From: a virus
Length of the DNA stretch: 40,672 nt
Strand: one strand, 5' to 3'
IMG/VR virus record: IMGVR_UViG_3300045988_145984
Location: 1 to 40,672 of that record
Of the stretch, positions 6,284 to 16,206 are shown piece by piece; the first letter of the stretch is position 1; each line of letters opens with the position of its first letter. Position numbers and translations under genes: made by a program. The notes below the pieces were generated by a model that did no database searches, had not been told where the DNA came from, and worked only from the letters and a program-made list of their open reading frames with translations.

Positions 6284-7721
6284 TGTAGTATGGACGCCAC
6301 AACCCAAGCAGCAGCTTTTCCAGCAGCGGCCTGAATATGAGGCGCTGTATGGTGGGGCTGCCGGGGGCGGTAAGTCCGATGCCCTGCTCGCGGAAGCGTT
6401 ACGGCAGGTCAATATTCCGCATTATCGCGCTATCATTTTTCGCAAAACCTACCCGCAGCTTTCAGAGCTCATAGACCGCAGCAAGGATATATATAAGCCT
6501 GCTTTCCCCAGGGCGCGATATAACCACACGGACCATTTCTGGCGGTTCCCCAGCGGCGCCAAGGTATATTTCGGCTCCATGCAGCGTGAGCAGGACCGCA
6601 CCAACTATCAAGGCAAGCGGTACGATTTTGTAGCATTCGATGAACTGACACATTTCACATGGCAGGAGTACAGCTACCTAATGAGTCGTAACAGGCCGGG
6701 CGGCCCCGGCACCAGAGTATATATCAGAGCAACCACCAACCCGGGCGGCATAGGCCATGGCTGGGTAAAGGATAGATTCATCACAGCAGCGCCGCCTCTC
6801 ACCCCAATAACAGGCGAGTATACCGTTGTAACCCCTGACGGTCCGCTCAAATTAAAGCGCAAACGGATATTTGTACCGGCTACCGTTTTTGACAACCAAA
6901 AACTGCTGGACAATGACCGGAATTACTTGGCAAACCTCGCCATGATGCCCACAGCAGAGCGCGACGCTTTGTTGTATGGAGACTGGAACAGCTTCAGCGG
7001 GCAGGTGTTTAGGGAATGGCGCGACGATCCCGCGCACTATGATGATCATCTTTGCACCCACGTTATCAAGCCATTCCGTATTCCGGGATTTTGGACGCGA
7101 TACCGTGGATTCGATTTCGGTTTCTCCCGCCCATTCAGCGTGGGCTGGTATGCAGTAGATCCTGACGGGAGGTTGTATCGGATAGCTGAGTATTACGGTA
7201 GCACTGGTGAGCCTAATGTCGGTGTGCAGATGCAGCCCGCCGAGATAGCAGCCAACATCAGGCGCATAGAGGCCGAAGAACCCAACCTCAAGGGTTGTCA
7301 GATCTACGGAGTAGCCGACCCGTCAATATTCGATGAGAGCCGAGGCATGAGCATAGCCGCCATGATGGAGACCTCCCCGAATTTTATCTCATGGGCACCG
7401 GGTGACAACACCCGCATAGCAGGAAAGATGCAGTATCATTTTCGGCTGGCATTCGGTAAGGACGGCAGACCGATGTTCTACTGCTTCAATACCTGCAAGC
7501 ATTTTATAAGGACTATCCCCGCTCTGGTTTACGATGCCAAGCACGTCGAGGACATCGACACATCTCAGGAAGACCACATATACGACGAGTGCCGTTATGT
7601 GATGATGAACAATCCTATTGCGGCGCGCAAGAACGAGTTGCAACCGCCCAAGGAGTTCGACCCGCTCGACCTGTGGACGGATACCACCATTAAAGACAAA
7701 TACGCCTTTTACAGGCAATAA
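6270..7721 (+). CDS. terL: Terminase large subunit
   Basis: Walker A LYGGAAGGGKSD, Walker B FVAFDELTHF, and a C-terminal RNaseH-like nuclease region. SD ggagg 6 nt before ATG 6270. Confidence 0.9.
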   Translation: MHKRNVVWTPQPKQQLFQQRPEYEALYGGAAGGGKSDALLAEALRQVNIPHYRAIIFRKTYPQLSELIDRSKDIYKPAFPRARYNHTDHFWRFPSGAKVYFGSMQREQDRTNYQGKRYDFVAFDELTHFTWQEYSYLMSRNRPGGPGTRVYIRATTNPGGIGHGWVKDRFITAAPPLTPITGEYTVVTPDGPLKLKRKRIFVPATVFDNQKLLDNDRNYLANLAMMPTAERDALLYGDWNSFSGQVFREWRDDPAHYDDHLCTHVIKPFRIPGFWTRYRGFDFGFSRPFSVGWYAVDPDGRLYRIAEYYGSTGEPNVGVQMQPAEIAANIRRIEAEEPNLKGCQIYGVADPSIFDESRGMSIAAMMETSPNFISWAPGDNTRIAGKMQYHFRLAFGKDGRPMFYCFNTCKHFIRTIPALVYDAKHVEDIDTSQEDHIYDECRYVMMNNPIAARKNELQPPKEFDPLDLWTDTTIKDKYAFYRQ

Positions 7722-7735
7722 GGAGGTTTTAAGCA

Positions 7736-9697
7736 ATGCCAAAATTCCCGCCCAGAACACAAGAGACGGAAGGAGCACAACTCCCGTTACCACAGCAGGG
7801 CACACCCGCGGCTGATACCGCACAAGCTGCTCCGGGACGCATAGGGCCTGTCGGCAAGGAAGAGGTCGCCAAGGCCGAGGCCATACTCCAGAAGTATAAA
7901 TCCGGCAAGGATAGCCTCAACAACCGCATTGTGGAGAATGAAAAGTGGTTTACCCTGCGCCAATGGGAAGTTATACGCGGAGTGAAAAGCAACCCCGATG
8001 ACCCAGAACCGGCCTCGGCATGGCTGTTCAACTGCATCGCCAACAAACACGCCGATGCCATGGACAATCTTCCCGAACCGTGTGTGCTGCCACGCGAAAA
8101 GGGCGATGTAAATGACGCAGATGTATTATCGGATGTGCTCCCCGTCATTCTCGAGCAGAACAGGTTTGAGGATGCGTATTCTACCGTTTGGTGGCGCAAG
8201 CTCAAGAGCGGCAGCGGCGTATATGGCGTTTTCTGGGACGCCATGAAGAACAATGGGCTGGGAGAGATAGATATCCGCGCCTGTGACGTGCTAAACCTAT
8301 ACTGGGAATCCGGCATAAGCGATATCCAGCACTCTCCTCACCTGTTCCATGTCGGAATCGAAAACCGGGAAATGCTCATCGGCCAGTATCCCTTTATGGC
8401 CGATAAGGTTGGTCAGTATCCCACGCTGGAGACACCTAAGTATGTTTACGAGGACAACGCCGACACCTCCGACAAGGTTGTCGTTGTTGATTGGTATTAC
8501 AAAGTACGCAACGAGGCGGGTAAAACAATACTGCACTACTGCAAATTCTGCTGCGGCGAGGTACTGTATGCGTCCGAGAATGATCCGGCATACGCACAGC
8601 GCGGATACTACGACCACGGCAAATATCCGTTCGTCATGGATATCCTGTTTCCGCTTGAGAATACTCCGGCCGGATTCGGCTATATCGACGTCGGTAAAAG
8701 CCCGCAGATCTACATAGACAAACTCGACCAGGCCATTTTACGGCACTCCGTCATAGGTTCGCGGCAACGGTATTGGATTCGTGGCGACGGCAATATCAAC
8801 ATCGAAGAGTTCCGCGATTCCACCTGCGATTTCGTTCATTTCTACGGTTCGGGAGATCCACGCGATTGTGTGATATCCATGGATTGCCCTCCCCTCAGTG
8901 ATATCTACGTTGGAGTTCGCGAAAACAAAATCGACGAACTGAAGGAGACCTCCGGCAACAGAGATTTTTCACAGGGCGGTACAAGCTCCGGCGTTACGGC
9001 AGCGTCTGCAATAGCAGCATTGCAGGAGGCAGGCTCTAAACTCTCCCGCGACATGATTAAGAGTGCGTACCGGGCCTGCGTGGAGGTGGACTACCTCGTG
9101 CTGGAGCTTACGCGGCAGTTCTATAAATATCCCCGGTTCTTCCGCATAATCGGAAATGAAGGCGCTATGCGGTTCGTGGAGTTCTCCGGCGATCAAATAG
9201 CAGGTAAGCCGCAAGGTAACGACTTCGGCATTGATTTAGGATACCGTGTACCAATATTCGACATCAAGGTGTCCGCGCAAAAAGCATCGCCGTTTGCTAC
9301 GGCGGCGCAAAATGAACGCGCCAAGGAATTTTACGGCATGGGCTTTTTCAGGCCAGACCTTGCAGACCAGGCACTCGCCGCCCTCGACATGATGCAGTTT
9401 GAGGGAATTGAAGAAGTACGTGAGAGGATAGCGCAAAACCAGACGCTATATCAGCAGGTGCAGCAGCTATCACAACTCGCGCTTGCCATGGCGCAGGAGC
9501 TCGATGCGATAAAAGGCAGCGCTTACTCCCAGCAGATAATGCAGCTTGTCGGCATGAATGCTCAGCAGACCCCACAGGGCAATGCAGCCAGGCCAGAGAT
9601 GCAGCCTAATATACTCGGCTCTATAAACGCCGGTATGAGCAGCACGGCAGGCGCGGCCAGAACAAGGGCGGCAGAAAACGCCACACCGAAAGCGTAG
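7736..9697 (+). CDS. Portal protein
   Basis: 653 aa directly downstream of terL, SD aaggagg. Size, position and the acidic/helical C-terminus fit a portal. Confidence 0.75.
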   Translation: MPKFPPRTQETEGAQLPLPQQGTPAADTAQAAPGRIGPVGKEEVAKAEAILQKYKSGKDSLNNRIVENEKWFTLRQWEVIRGVKSNPDDPEPASAWLFNCIANKHADAMDNLPEPCVLPREKGDVNDADVLSDVLPVILEQNRFEDAYSTVWWRKLKSGSGVYGVFWDAMKNNGLGEIDIRACDVLNLYWESGISDIQHSPHLFHVGIENREMLIGQYPFMADKVGQYPTLETPKYVYEDNADTSDKVVVVDWYYKVRNEAGKTILHYCKFCCGEVLYASENDPAYAQRGYYDHGKYPFVMDILFPLENTPAGFGYIDVGKSPQIYIDKLDQAILRHSVIGSRQRYWIRGDGNINIEEFRDSTCDFVHFYGSGDPRDCVISMDCPPLSDIYVGVRENKIDELKETSGNRDFSQGGTSSGVTAASAIAALQEAGSKLSRDMIKSAYRACVEVDYLVLELTRQFYKYPRFFRIIGNEGAMRFVEFSGDQIAGKPQGNDFGIDLGYRVPIFDIKVSAQKASPFATAAQNERAKEFYGMGFFRPDLADQALAALDMMQFEGIEEVRERIAQNQTLYQQVQQLSQLALAMAQELDAIKGSAYSQQIMQLVGMNAQQTPQGNAARPEMQPNILGSINAGMSSTAGAARTRAAENATPKA

Positions 9698-9704
9698 GCG
9701 GTAT

Positions 9705-10115
9705 ATGACCACTGTTGACTATGAACATAACAAAAACACCTTTGAGCTAAAGGTGATGGGCCACGCCGGGTATAATCCCGGCGGTCCTGACATCGTGTGC
9801 GCTGCTTGCTCAACACTCGTATATGCCTTGTGGGATTCCATGCTGGAGCAGCAGGATACGGGAATGCTGGAGGAGCTGGATGTAATGCAGAACGATGGCA
9901 TGTTTGCTCTAAAAGCCGTATGCAGTGCCGAGAGCAATGCGCAGATAATCGTGATTTTTAACGTAATCATGCGTGGCTTTGCTATGATAGCGCAAAAATA
10001 TCCGGAATTTTGTAACATATCAGGCCAAAAACAGGGAGAAAAGAGATCGCAGTCTCGTATATCATACCTCCAGACGCGAGGGAAAGACCTCAGAGACGGC
10101 GGGAAAGACCGCTGA
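9705..10115 (+). CDS. prp: Prp-family cysteine protease (ribosomal-processing protease homolog), likely head maturation protease
   Basis: GHAGYNPGGPDIVCAACS carries the His/Cys dyad signature of Prp/YsxB. Confidence 0.8.
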   Translation: MTTVDYEHNKNTFELKVMGHAGYNPGGPDIVCAACSTLVYALWDSMLEQQDTGMLEELDVMQNDGMFALKAVCSAESNAQIIVIFNVIMRGFAMIAQKYPEFCNISGQKQGEKRSQSRISYLQTRGKDLRDGGKDR

Positions 10116-10171
10116 CGCTGGGTAAATAGCCAAGTATGACGCCGGGGAAAGACCCGAGGAAAGGATTACGC

Positions 10172-11122
10172 ATGAAAAACTATCTGCTCATGAATCTGCA
10201 CTTGTTTGACGGAGAAGGCGGTGGAAACGCTGGCGGCGCAGAAGGCGCAGCATTACCCGCAGCCGGCAGCAAGGCAGGCAAAAGCAACCCCCTTGCCAAC
10301 GTTCAATACGGAACCACCCCCAACGGTTCCCAAAATGGAACAGCACAGTCCGGCGCGGCTGTCACCTCAAATGTGGAAGAGGCCCGAAAAGCCGAGTTCG
10401 ACAAGCTCATTAAGGGCGAATACAAAGATTTGTACGACGCCAATGTGCAGAAAAACATCAACGCTCGGTTTAAGGAGCTCGACGGTCTCAGGGCAAAATC
10501 TGAGCAGTTCGACGCATTGAATCCAGTACTCAATATACTTGCTCAGAAATACGGCGTTGACGGCACGGACGCTGATGCCCTCGTTAAGGCAATCGAAGAT
10601 GATGATAGCTACTACGAGGAAGAGGCCATCTCGAAGGGACTGACCGTGGAGCAGCTAAAAAACATCAAGAAGCTGGAGCGCGAAAATGAGAGCTTTCGCC
10701 GCGCAGCCCAGGAGCAGCAGCGACAGCAAAACGCAGACCGCATATACGCTATGTGGCAAGATCAGGGTGAGGACTGCAAAAAGACATACCCCAATTTTGA
10801 CTTCCAGCGCGAAGTTGACCCTAAGCAATCTCCTACAGCAGAAAGGTTTTTGTCGTTGCTGAAATCCGGTGTGGATGTAAAGAACGCTTATATGGTCGTA
10901 CATATGGACGATATCATGTCCGGCGCTATGCAGTACACCGCCCAACAGATATCTCAAAAGACTGTGAACGACATCATGGCGAGGGGCATGAGACCCGCCG
11001 AGAACGGAGCAAACAGCACCGGTGCGGCTACCATCACAAAAACAGACCCAACCAAGTTTACGAAAAAAGACCGCGAGGAAATCTCGCGGCGCGTCGCAAG
11101 AGGAGAAATCATAACCCTTTAA
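10172..11122 (+). CDS. Scaffolding protein
   Basis: Lies between the protease and the capsid gene. It is rich in charged, coiled-coil-like sequence, and its N-terminal MKNYLLMNLHLF/DGE matches the Prp cleavage motif. Confidence 0.6.
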   Translation: MKNYLLMNLHLFDGEGGGNAGGAEGAALPAAGSKAGKSNPLANVQYGTTPNGSQNGTAQSGAAVTSNVEEARKAEFDKLIKGEYKDLYDANVQKNINARFKELDGLRAKSEQFDALNPVLNILAQKYGVDGTDADALVKAIEDDDSYYEEEAISKGLTVEQLKNIKKLERENESFRRAAQEQQRQQNADRIYAMWQDQGEDCKKTYPNFDFQREVDPKQSPTAERFLSLLKSGVDVKNAYMVVHMDDIMSGAMQYTAQQISQKTVNDIMARGMRPAENGANSTGAATITKTDPTKFTKKDREEISRRVARGEIITL

Positions 11123-11155
11123 GATGGTTCTCCTCAAATCAGAAAGGAGAATTAA

Positions 11156-12424
11156 ATGTTTAACATCAGACCCTATCTAAGGCTCAATCTGCGCCTGTTC
11201 GACGTTGACCTTAACGTGCAGACCACCAAATCCCCCGGTCTGACCGACGGTATGAAAACCTACTATGAGGACAGGCTGATAGATTACGCAGAGCCCCAGC
11301 TCGTGCATGATCAGTTTGGCGACGAGTACAACATACCGAAGCACGGCGGTAAGATTATCGAATTCCGCAAGTATCTGCCCCTACCCAAGGCGCTTAATCA
11401 GCTTATTGAAGGCGTTACCCCCAAGGGCGGCAAACTGGAAATGAGCACCCTGACCGCCGAGGTTGGCCAGTACGGTTACTACATCACCATCTCCGATATA
11501 CTGGAGCTCGCCCATGTTGACCCTCAGATCGAACAGGCTACCAAGCTGCTCGGCTCACAGGCAGGCCGCACTTTGGACACCATTACTCGCGACGTCATCA
11601 CCGCCGGCACAAACGTATCCTATGCGCCCAAGGTTTCTGCCGCAGGCGCCGAAACCGAGGTACTGTCCCGCGCCGACCTTGATGATACCGCGCTGCTTAC
11701 CACTCGCGTCATCTTCAAAGCGGCAGCCAAGCTCCGGCGCATGAATGCTGTACCCATCGATGACTGCTACGTCGCCATAGTCCATCCCAACGTGTCGTGT
11801 GACCTTATGTTATCCGACGGCTGGATCGATGTGCATAAGTACGCACAGCCCGATAACATCTACAATGGCGAAATCGGCAAGCTCGGCGGTGTTCGCTTCG
11901 TCGAATCCACCGAGGCGCGTATTATCGGTCCCGCAGCCATAAGCGACGGTCTGGGAGTGCTTAGCGTAAAGACCGCTATAAACTCCAGCTCCAGCAGTAT
12001 TGTCATCAACGAGGAGCTGACCTCCGCTACTCCCGCAGAGCCCATACCCGTATATATCAACGGTTCGCCTAACACCATCACCGCAATAGCTACTACCGGC
12101 GGCAACACTACCCTGACTATAGGCACCGCCGTCACCAGTCTCGCGGCAGGCGCGAAGATAACAGGCAAGGGCGCGACCAAGAGCGGCAAGGCCGTATATT
12201 GCACTTTGTTCGTAGCGCAGAACGCATACGGCAGGACTGCTCTCAAAAACGGCGGATTGCAGCACATTATAAAGCAGCTCGGCTCCGGCGGTACTGCTGA
12301 CCCTCTGAACCAGAGAGCTACCACCGGCTGGAAAGCAACCAAGGTTGCAGAACGTCTTGTTGAGGAGTACATGGTGCGCGTTGAGCACTGCTCCGAGACA
12401 GAGCCTTACGCTGCTGCCAACTAA
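11156..12424 (+). CDS. Major capsid protein (resembles the N4-gp56 family, HK97 fold)
   Basis: MKTYYEDRLIDYAEPQLVHDQFG...GGKIIEFRKYLPLP...EGVTPKG...QYGYYITISD is typical of that family. The N-terminal LRLNLRLF/DVD is a Prp-type cleavage motif. Confidence 0.85.
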   Translation: MFNIRPYLRLNLRLFDVDLNVQTTKSPGLTDGMKTYYEDRLIDYAEPQLVHDQFGDEYNIPKHGGKIIEFRKYLPLPKALNQLIEGVTPKGGKLEMSTLTAEVGQYGYYITISDILELAHVDPQIEQATKLLGSQAGRTLDTITRDVITAGTNVSYAPKVSAAGAETEVLSRADLDDTALLTTRVIFKAAAKLRRMNAVPIDDCYVAIVHPNVSCDLMLSDGWIDVHKYAQPDNIYNGEIGKLGGVRFVESTEARIIGPAAISDGLGVLSVKTAINSSSSSIVINEELTSATPAEPIPVYINGSPNTITAIATTGGNTTLTIGTAVTSLAAGAKITGKGATKSGKAVYCTLFVAQNAYGRTALKNGGLQHIIKQLGSGGTADPLNQRATTGWKATKVAERLVEEYMVRVEHCSETEPYAAAN

Positions 12425-12441
12425 CCAGGAAGGAGTAACCC

Positions 12442-12786
12442 ATGAGTAAGAACGCAAACAAAGCTGCTCTCGATGAGATTGTTGCCACAACTCCTGCTGC
12501 CGATAACGCACCCGCAGTTGAGGAGGCTTCTGCTGCCGTCGAACCCCCCGCAAAGGATGATCCCCGCGAATATGTTGAGTTTAAGCTCCCCCGCGATCCT
12601 CGCAGTAAGGAAAACGGAAAATATGTCAGCGTGAACGAGATAAGCGTATTCGTGCCGTTCGGCAAGCGAGTGAAGATTCCCCGCTGCATAAAGGAAGTAC
12701 TGGAAAATTCCATAGACGAGGACGAGCGTACACAGAATCGGCTACTCGCCCTCCAGGAAGAAGCAAGGACGAGCGAACCTGTATAA
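12442..12786 (+). CDS. Hypothetical head-associated protein
   Basis: SD aggagt; 114 aa; directly after the capsid gene. Confidence 0.55.
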   Translation: MSKNANKAALDEIVATTPAADNAPAVEEASAAVEPPAKDDPREYVEFKLPRDPRSKENGKYVSVNEISVFVPFGKRVKIPRCIKEVLENSIDEDERTQNRLLALQEEARTSEPV

Positions 12787-12791
12787 CCAAT

Positions 12792-12806
12792 GGGGCCCAT
12801 GGCCCC
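12792..12806 (+). terminator. Short GC hairpin GGGGCC-cat-GGCCCC after the head genes
   Basis: 6-bp stem with a 3-nt loop and a weak T tract. It could attenuate transcription after the capsid operon. Confidence 0.3.
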
Positions 12807-12871
12807 TTCATGCGGCGTGGGTAGGCCCACACGTTGGTTCAAGCCCAGCGCACCGCACTATTGGAGGTTTT

Positions 12872-13252
12872 ATGAAGATATCCGAGGCAATCGCACAACT
12901 AAGGTCTATTAAGGAAAACCAGTACGACGATGAAACCCTCGTGCGCTGGCTCTCTGACGTCGAGGGCAGAATATACGAGGAAGTCATCAAATGGCATGAG
13001 GATACCGATGACGTTGCTCACGGTCCGTATTCACCAGATGGTGATATGGACACCGCGCTCATGGTTCCGAACCCCTACGATGACCTTTATATCAAGTACC
13101 TTATGGCGCAGGTGGATTATCACAACGCGGAACTGGCTCGGTACAACAATTCCATGGTCATGTACAACATTGCGCTATCCGATTTTGCAAACTGGTATAA
13201 CCGCAGCCACAGACCCAAGCAGACTCATTATTACACTGGATTGAGGTATTGA
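12872..13252 (+). CDS. Hypothetical structural protein (possible head-tail adaptor)
   Basis: SD ggaggt; 126 aa. The call rests on position only. Confidence 0.5.
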   Translation: MKISEAIAQLRSIKENQYDDETLVRWLSDVEGRIYEEVIKWHEDTDDVAHGPYSPDGDMDTALMVPNPYDDLYIKYLMAQVDYHNAELARYNNSMVMYNIALSDFANWYNRSHRPKQTHYYTGLRY

Positions 13253-13253
13253 T

Positions 13254-14975
13254 ATGGGCTTTCTTCCTTCGCTATCCGAACTGAATACCTCCCGCGAAAT
13301 GATAAGCGAATTTGGGGGATATAATCATAACCTGCGTATCAATAACAACGAGTTCAGCGATATGCAGAACATGACGTCAACCCACTACCCCGTCTTATCA
13401 CCGCGAAGTGTCCGAGGCCGTGTGCGCTCCCTGACGAAGCCAAACGGCCTTTTTGCACATAACAAGCTGGCATGGGTGGACGGCACTACATTCTACTACG
13501 ACGGCAGTGCCGTCGCCGGTTTTTCCTTGACTGACAGCCCTAAAACATTTGTCGCTATGGGTGCATATATCCTAATATGGCCTGACAAAGCATACTACAA
13601 CACGGCAACTGGCGATTATGGCAGCCTCGGCAATAAGGTCACGACCTCCGGCACGGTAAACCTTACGCTCTGCAAAAACGATGGTACTGCCTATACAAAC
13701 TACTCCACCGGCGCAACCGCTCCGGCCTCTCCTGACGATGGCGCACTATGGATAGATACCAATTCAAAGCCCCATGTACTCAAACAATATTCCTCTACCT
13801 ACGGTACATGGGCAAGCATTCCCACCACTTACGTCAAGGTTAGCGCTACTGGCATAGGCGCAGGGTTTGCCGAGCATGACGGTGTTACCATATCCGGGCT
13901 CACCAACACAGACCTCAACGGCGACTTTATACTGTACGGCGTCGGCAACGACTATATACTCGTCACTGCCATAATAGACGCGGTTGCAACCGACACAGCA
14001 GCCGTCACGATAGAGCGTAAAATACCAGACATGGATTATCTCACCGAAAGCGAAAATCGCGTGTGGGGCTGCTCCAGCGCAAAACACGAAATATATGCTT
14101 GCGCTCTTGGCGACCCTAAAAACTGGTACAGGTTCATGGGCATATCTACGGACAGCTTCACGATGACCGTCGGCTCTCCCGGCGACTTCACCGGCGCATG
14201 TACGCATCTCGGCTATGTGCTGTTCTTCAAGGAAGATGTAATCCATGAAATATACGGTTCAAAGCCGAGCAATTTCCAACTCACCAATACCGTGTGCCGC
14301 GGTGTAGAGAAGGGCAGTGAGAAAAGCCTAATTATCGTCGATGAGACATTGTTCTATAAGTCCGCACACGATGTATGTGCGTATAGTGCATCACTCCCTC
14401 AATCTATATCTGAAGCACTCGGCGCGGAAAAATATAAAAACGCCGTGGCGGGTGCTTTTGGCTCCAAGTATTACATCTGCATGGAGAATGCTGATGGCCG
14501 TCATACCCTGTTCGTGTACGATGCCGCTCATAGGCTTTGGCACAAAGAGGACAATAGGCATATCACCTACTTTGCCACATTCGGCAAGGAACTCTATTTC
14601 ATAGCTGACAATACCATATACTCGGTAAATGGTGACACATCCGTATACGGCGATGCAGCAGCAGCGCATGAAGCCCCTTTTGATTGGTTCGCGGAAACCG
14701 GGGACATAGGGATGGAGTATCCCGACCATAAGTATGTAAGCAAACTCCAATTCCGAGTAGAAGCCACCCTCGACACCCTGATACGCATAGAGGTTCAATA
14801 TGACCATGACGGTATCTGGATTGAAAAATACCTTATAAACGCTACTACAAAGCGCTCATTCACAGCGCCCATAATCCCCAGGCGTTGCGACACCATGCGG
14901 ATCCGCATAAGCGGCAACGGTGACTGCCGCATCTACTCCATCACAAAAACTATTGAGCAAGGGAGTGAGTTGTGA
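13254..14975 (+). CDS. Putative tail structural protein
   Basis: 573 aa, translationally coupled to its neighbours, beta-rich sequence. I recognise no family. Confidence 0.55.
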   Translation: MGFLPSLSELNTSREMISEFGGYNHNLRINNNEFSDMQNMTSTHYPVLSPRSVRGRVRSLTKPNGLFAHNKLAWVDGTTFYYDGSAVAGFSLTDSPKTFVAMGAYILIWPDKAYYNTATGDYGSLGNKVTTSGTVNLTLCKNDGTAYTNYSTGATAPASPDDGALWIDTNSKPHVLKQYSSTYGTWASIPTTYVKVSATGIGAGFAEHDGVTISGLTNTDLNGDFILYGVGNDYILVTAIIDAVATDTAAVTIERKIPDMDYLTESENRVWGCSSAKHEIYACALGDPKNWYRFMGISTDSFTMTVGSPGDFTGACTHLGYVLFFKEDVIHEIYGSKPSNFQLTNTVCRGVEKGSEKSLIIVDETLFYKSAHDVCAYSASLPQSISEALGAEKYKNAVAGAFGSKYYICMENADGRHTLFVYDAAHRLWHKEDNRHITYFATFGKELYFIADNTIYSVNGDTSVYGDAAAAHEAPFDWFAETGDIGMEYPDHKYVSKLQFRVEATLDTLIRIEVQYDHDGIWIEKYLINATTKRSFTAPIIPRRCDTMRIRISGNGDCRIYSITKTIEQGSEL

Positions 14976-16021
14976 TGGCCTTCACCGGTTTTGACTTGCC
15001 CGACATTGGCAATTCCAATCTGGACAGTGCAGCCGAGCGCAGGCAGATATTGGAATACCTGTTCCAGCTCACAAAGCAGCTCCGCTATACCCTAAATAAC
15101 CTCGGCAAAGAAAACCTCTCCGATGAGCTGAATAGCACCATACATGAAGCGTTGAGGTCAGCCGTTTCAGTCGAGCGCATTATCAGGAACGTCGAAGGCA
15201 GCGTATCCATGATACAACAGACCGCCAATTCCATAAAGCTCGAAGTGGCAACAAAGGTCGATGAGAATGAAATCATATCAAAAATCAACCAGACCTCTGA
15301 AAGCATACTTATCCAGGCAAACCGGCTCAACCTGAGCGGCTACGTCACCATAAACTCCCTGAAAGCAGGCGGCACTACCACCATTGACGGCGGCAGGATA
15401 ACGACCGGCACAGTAGCCGCTGCCCGGATTGATGTGAACAATCTTTATGTGAAACATCTGAACGGTGCAGACGGTACATTCACCGGCTCCCTGAGCGCTG
15501 CAAGCGGAACGTTTACCGAACTAACCGCATCCAATGGCGCAGTGAAGTTCACTGGTAATAATATCAATATTTGCGGCGTTGAAATTGGTTATGTGAGTTA
15601 CTATTCGCAAGTGTGCGTTGTGCCTCCAGCACATCAGACCGGCAACGTTGGCACAGGAAGCCTCGCGTGGGATCAGTGCGTCGCAAAAAATCTGTACAGC
15701 AGCGGGGGTGGCGTCAATTCATATTCCATGCGGAAATTGAAGAAAGATATACTGAACTACCCTTATGACCCTACGGCGGTAGACCGCTTGCAGCCAGTCA
15801 CATACATAATGCGAAATGACGACACAAACACCATCCATCTCGGTCTTATCGCTGACGATGTACGTGAAGTGGAGCCGTTACTTGTAAGTAGCTTTCAAGA
15901 CGAGAGTATGCCCGGTTCGGTTCTGACATTGGATTACAGCAGGGTATCCGTGCTTCTGATAAACGAAATTAAGGCTTTGCGTAAGCGCGTAAGCAGCTTG
16001 GAAGGGAGATTTGCATCATGA
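14975..16021 (+). CDS. Tail fibre/spike protein with a C-terminal Peptidase_S74 intramolecular chaperone domain
   Basis: NSYSMRKLKKDI...LQPVTYIMRNDD..IHLGLIADDVREVEPLLV...LDYSRVSVLLINEIKALRKRVSSLE matches the endosialidase-chaperone autoprocessing domain. The ATG overlaps the previous TGA. Confidence 0.75.
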   Translation: MAFTGFDLPDIGNSNLDSAAERRQILEYLFQLTKQLRYTLNNLGKENLSDELNSTIHEALRSAVSVERIIRNVEGSVSMIQQTANSIKLEVATKVDENEIISKINQTSESILIQANRLNLSGYVTINSLKAGGTTTIDGGRITTGTVAAARIDVNNLYVKHLNGADGTFTGSLSAASGTFTELTASNGAVKFTGNNINICGVEIGYVSYYSQVCVVPPAHQTGNVGTGSLAWDQCVAKNLYSSGGGVNSYSMRKLKKDILNYPYDPTAVDRLQPVTYIMRNDDTNTIHLGLIADDVREVEPLLVSSFQDESMPGSVLTLDYSRVSVLLINEIKALRKRVSSLEGRFAS

Positions 16022-16206
16022 CTAAACATATCCAAAAGCTAATGGATGCCCTGGCCTGCCTGGACGCTGTTTCCGTGACCGGCAGGAATAACAGAATGAA
16101 TATGCTGCTCGCGGAGCAGCACATAGCCGACGTCGCACAAGAGCTCACTGCGGCAGAGACAGCAAAGAAAAAAGATAAGGAGGCGGCTGACAATGGCAAC
16201 GTATAA
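16018..16206 (+). CDS. Hypothetical protein
   Basis: ATGA coupling to the previous CDS; 62 aa. Confidence 0.45.
   Translation: MTKHIQKLMDALACLDAVSVTGRNNRMNMLLAEQHIADVAQELTAAETAKKKDKEAADNGNV

Noticed and set aside
12834-12860. Possible tRNA gene, based on a GGTTCAAGCCC T-loop.
   Set aside because: Only a T-arm and a partial acceptor strand are present. There is no D-arm, anticodon arm or complementary 5' acceptor strand at the correct spacing.
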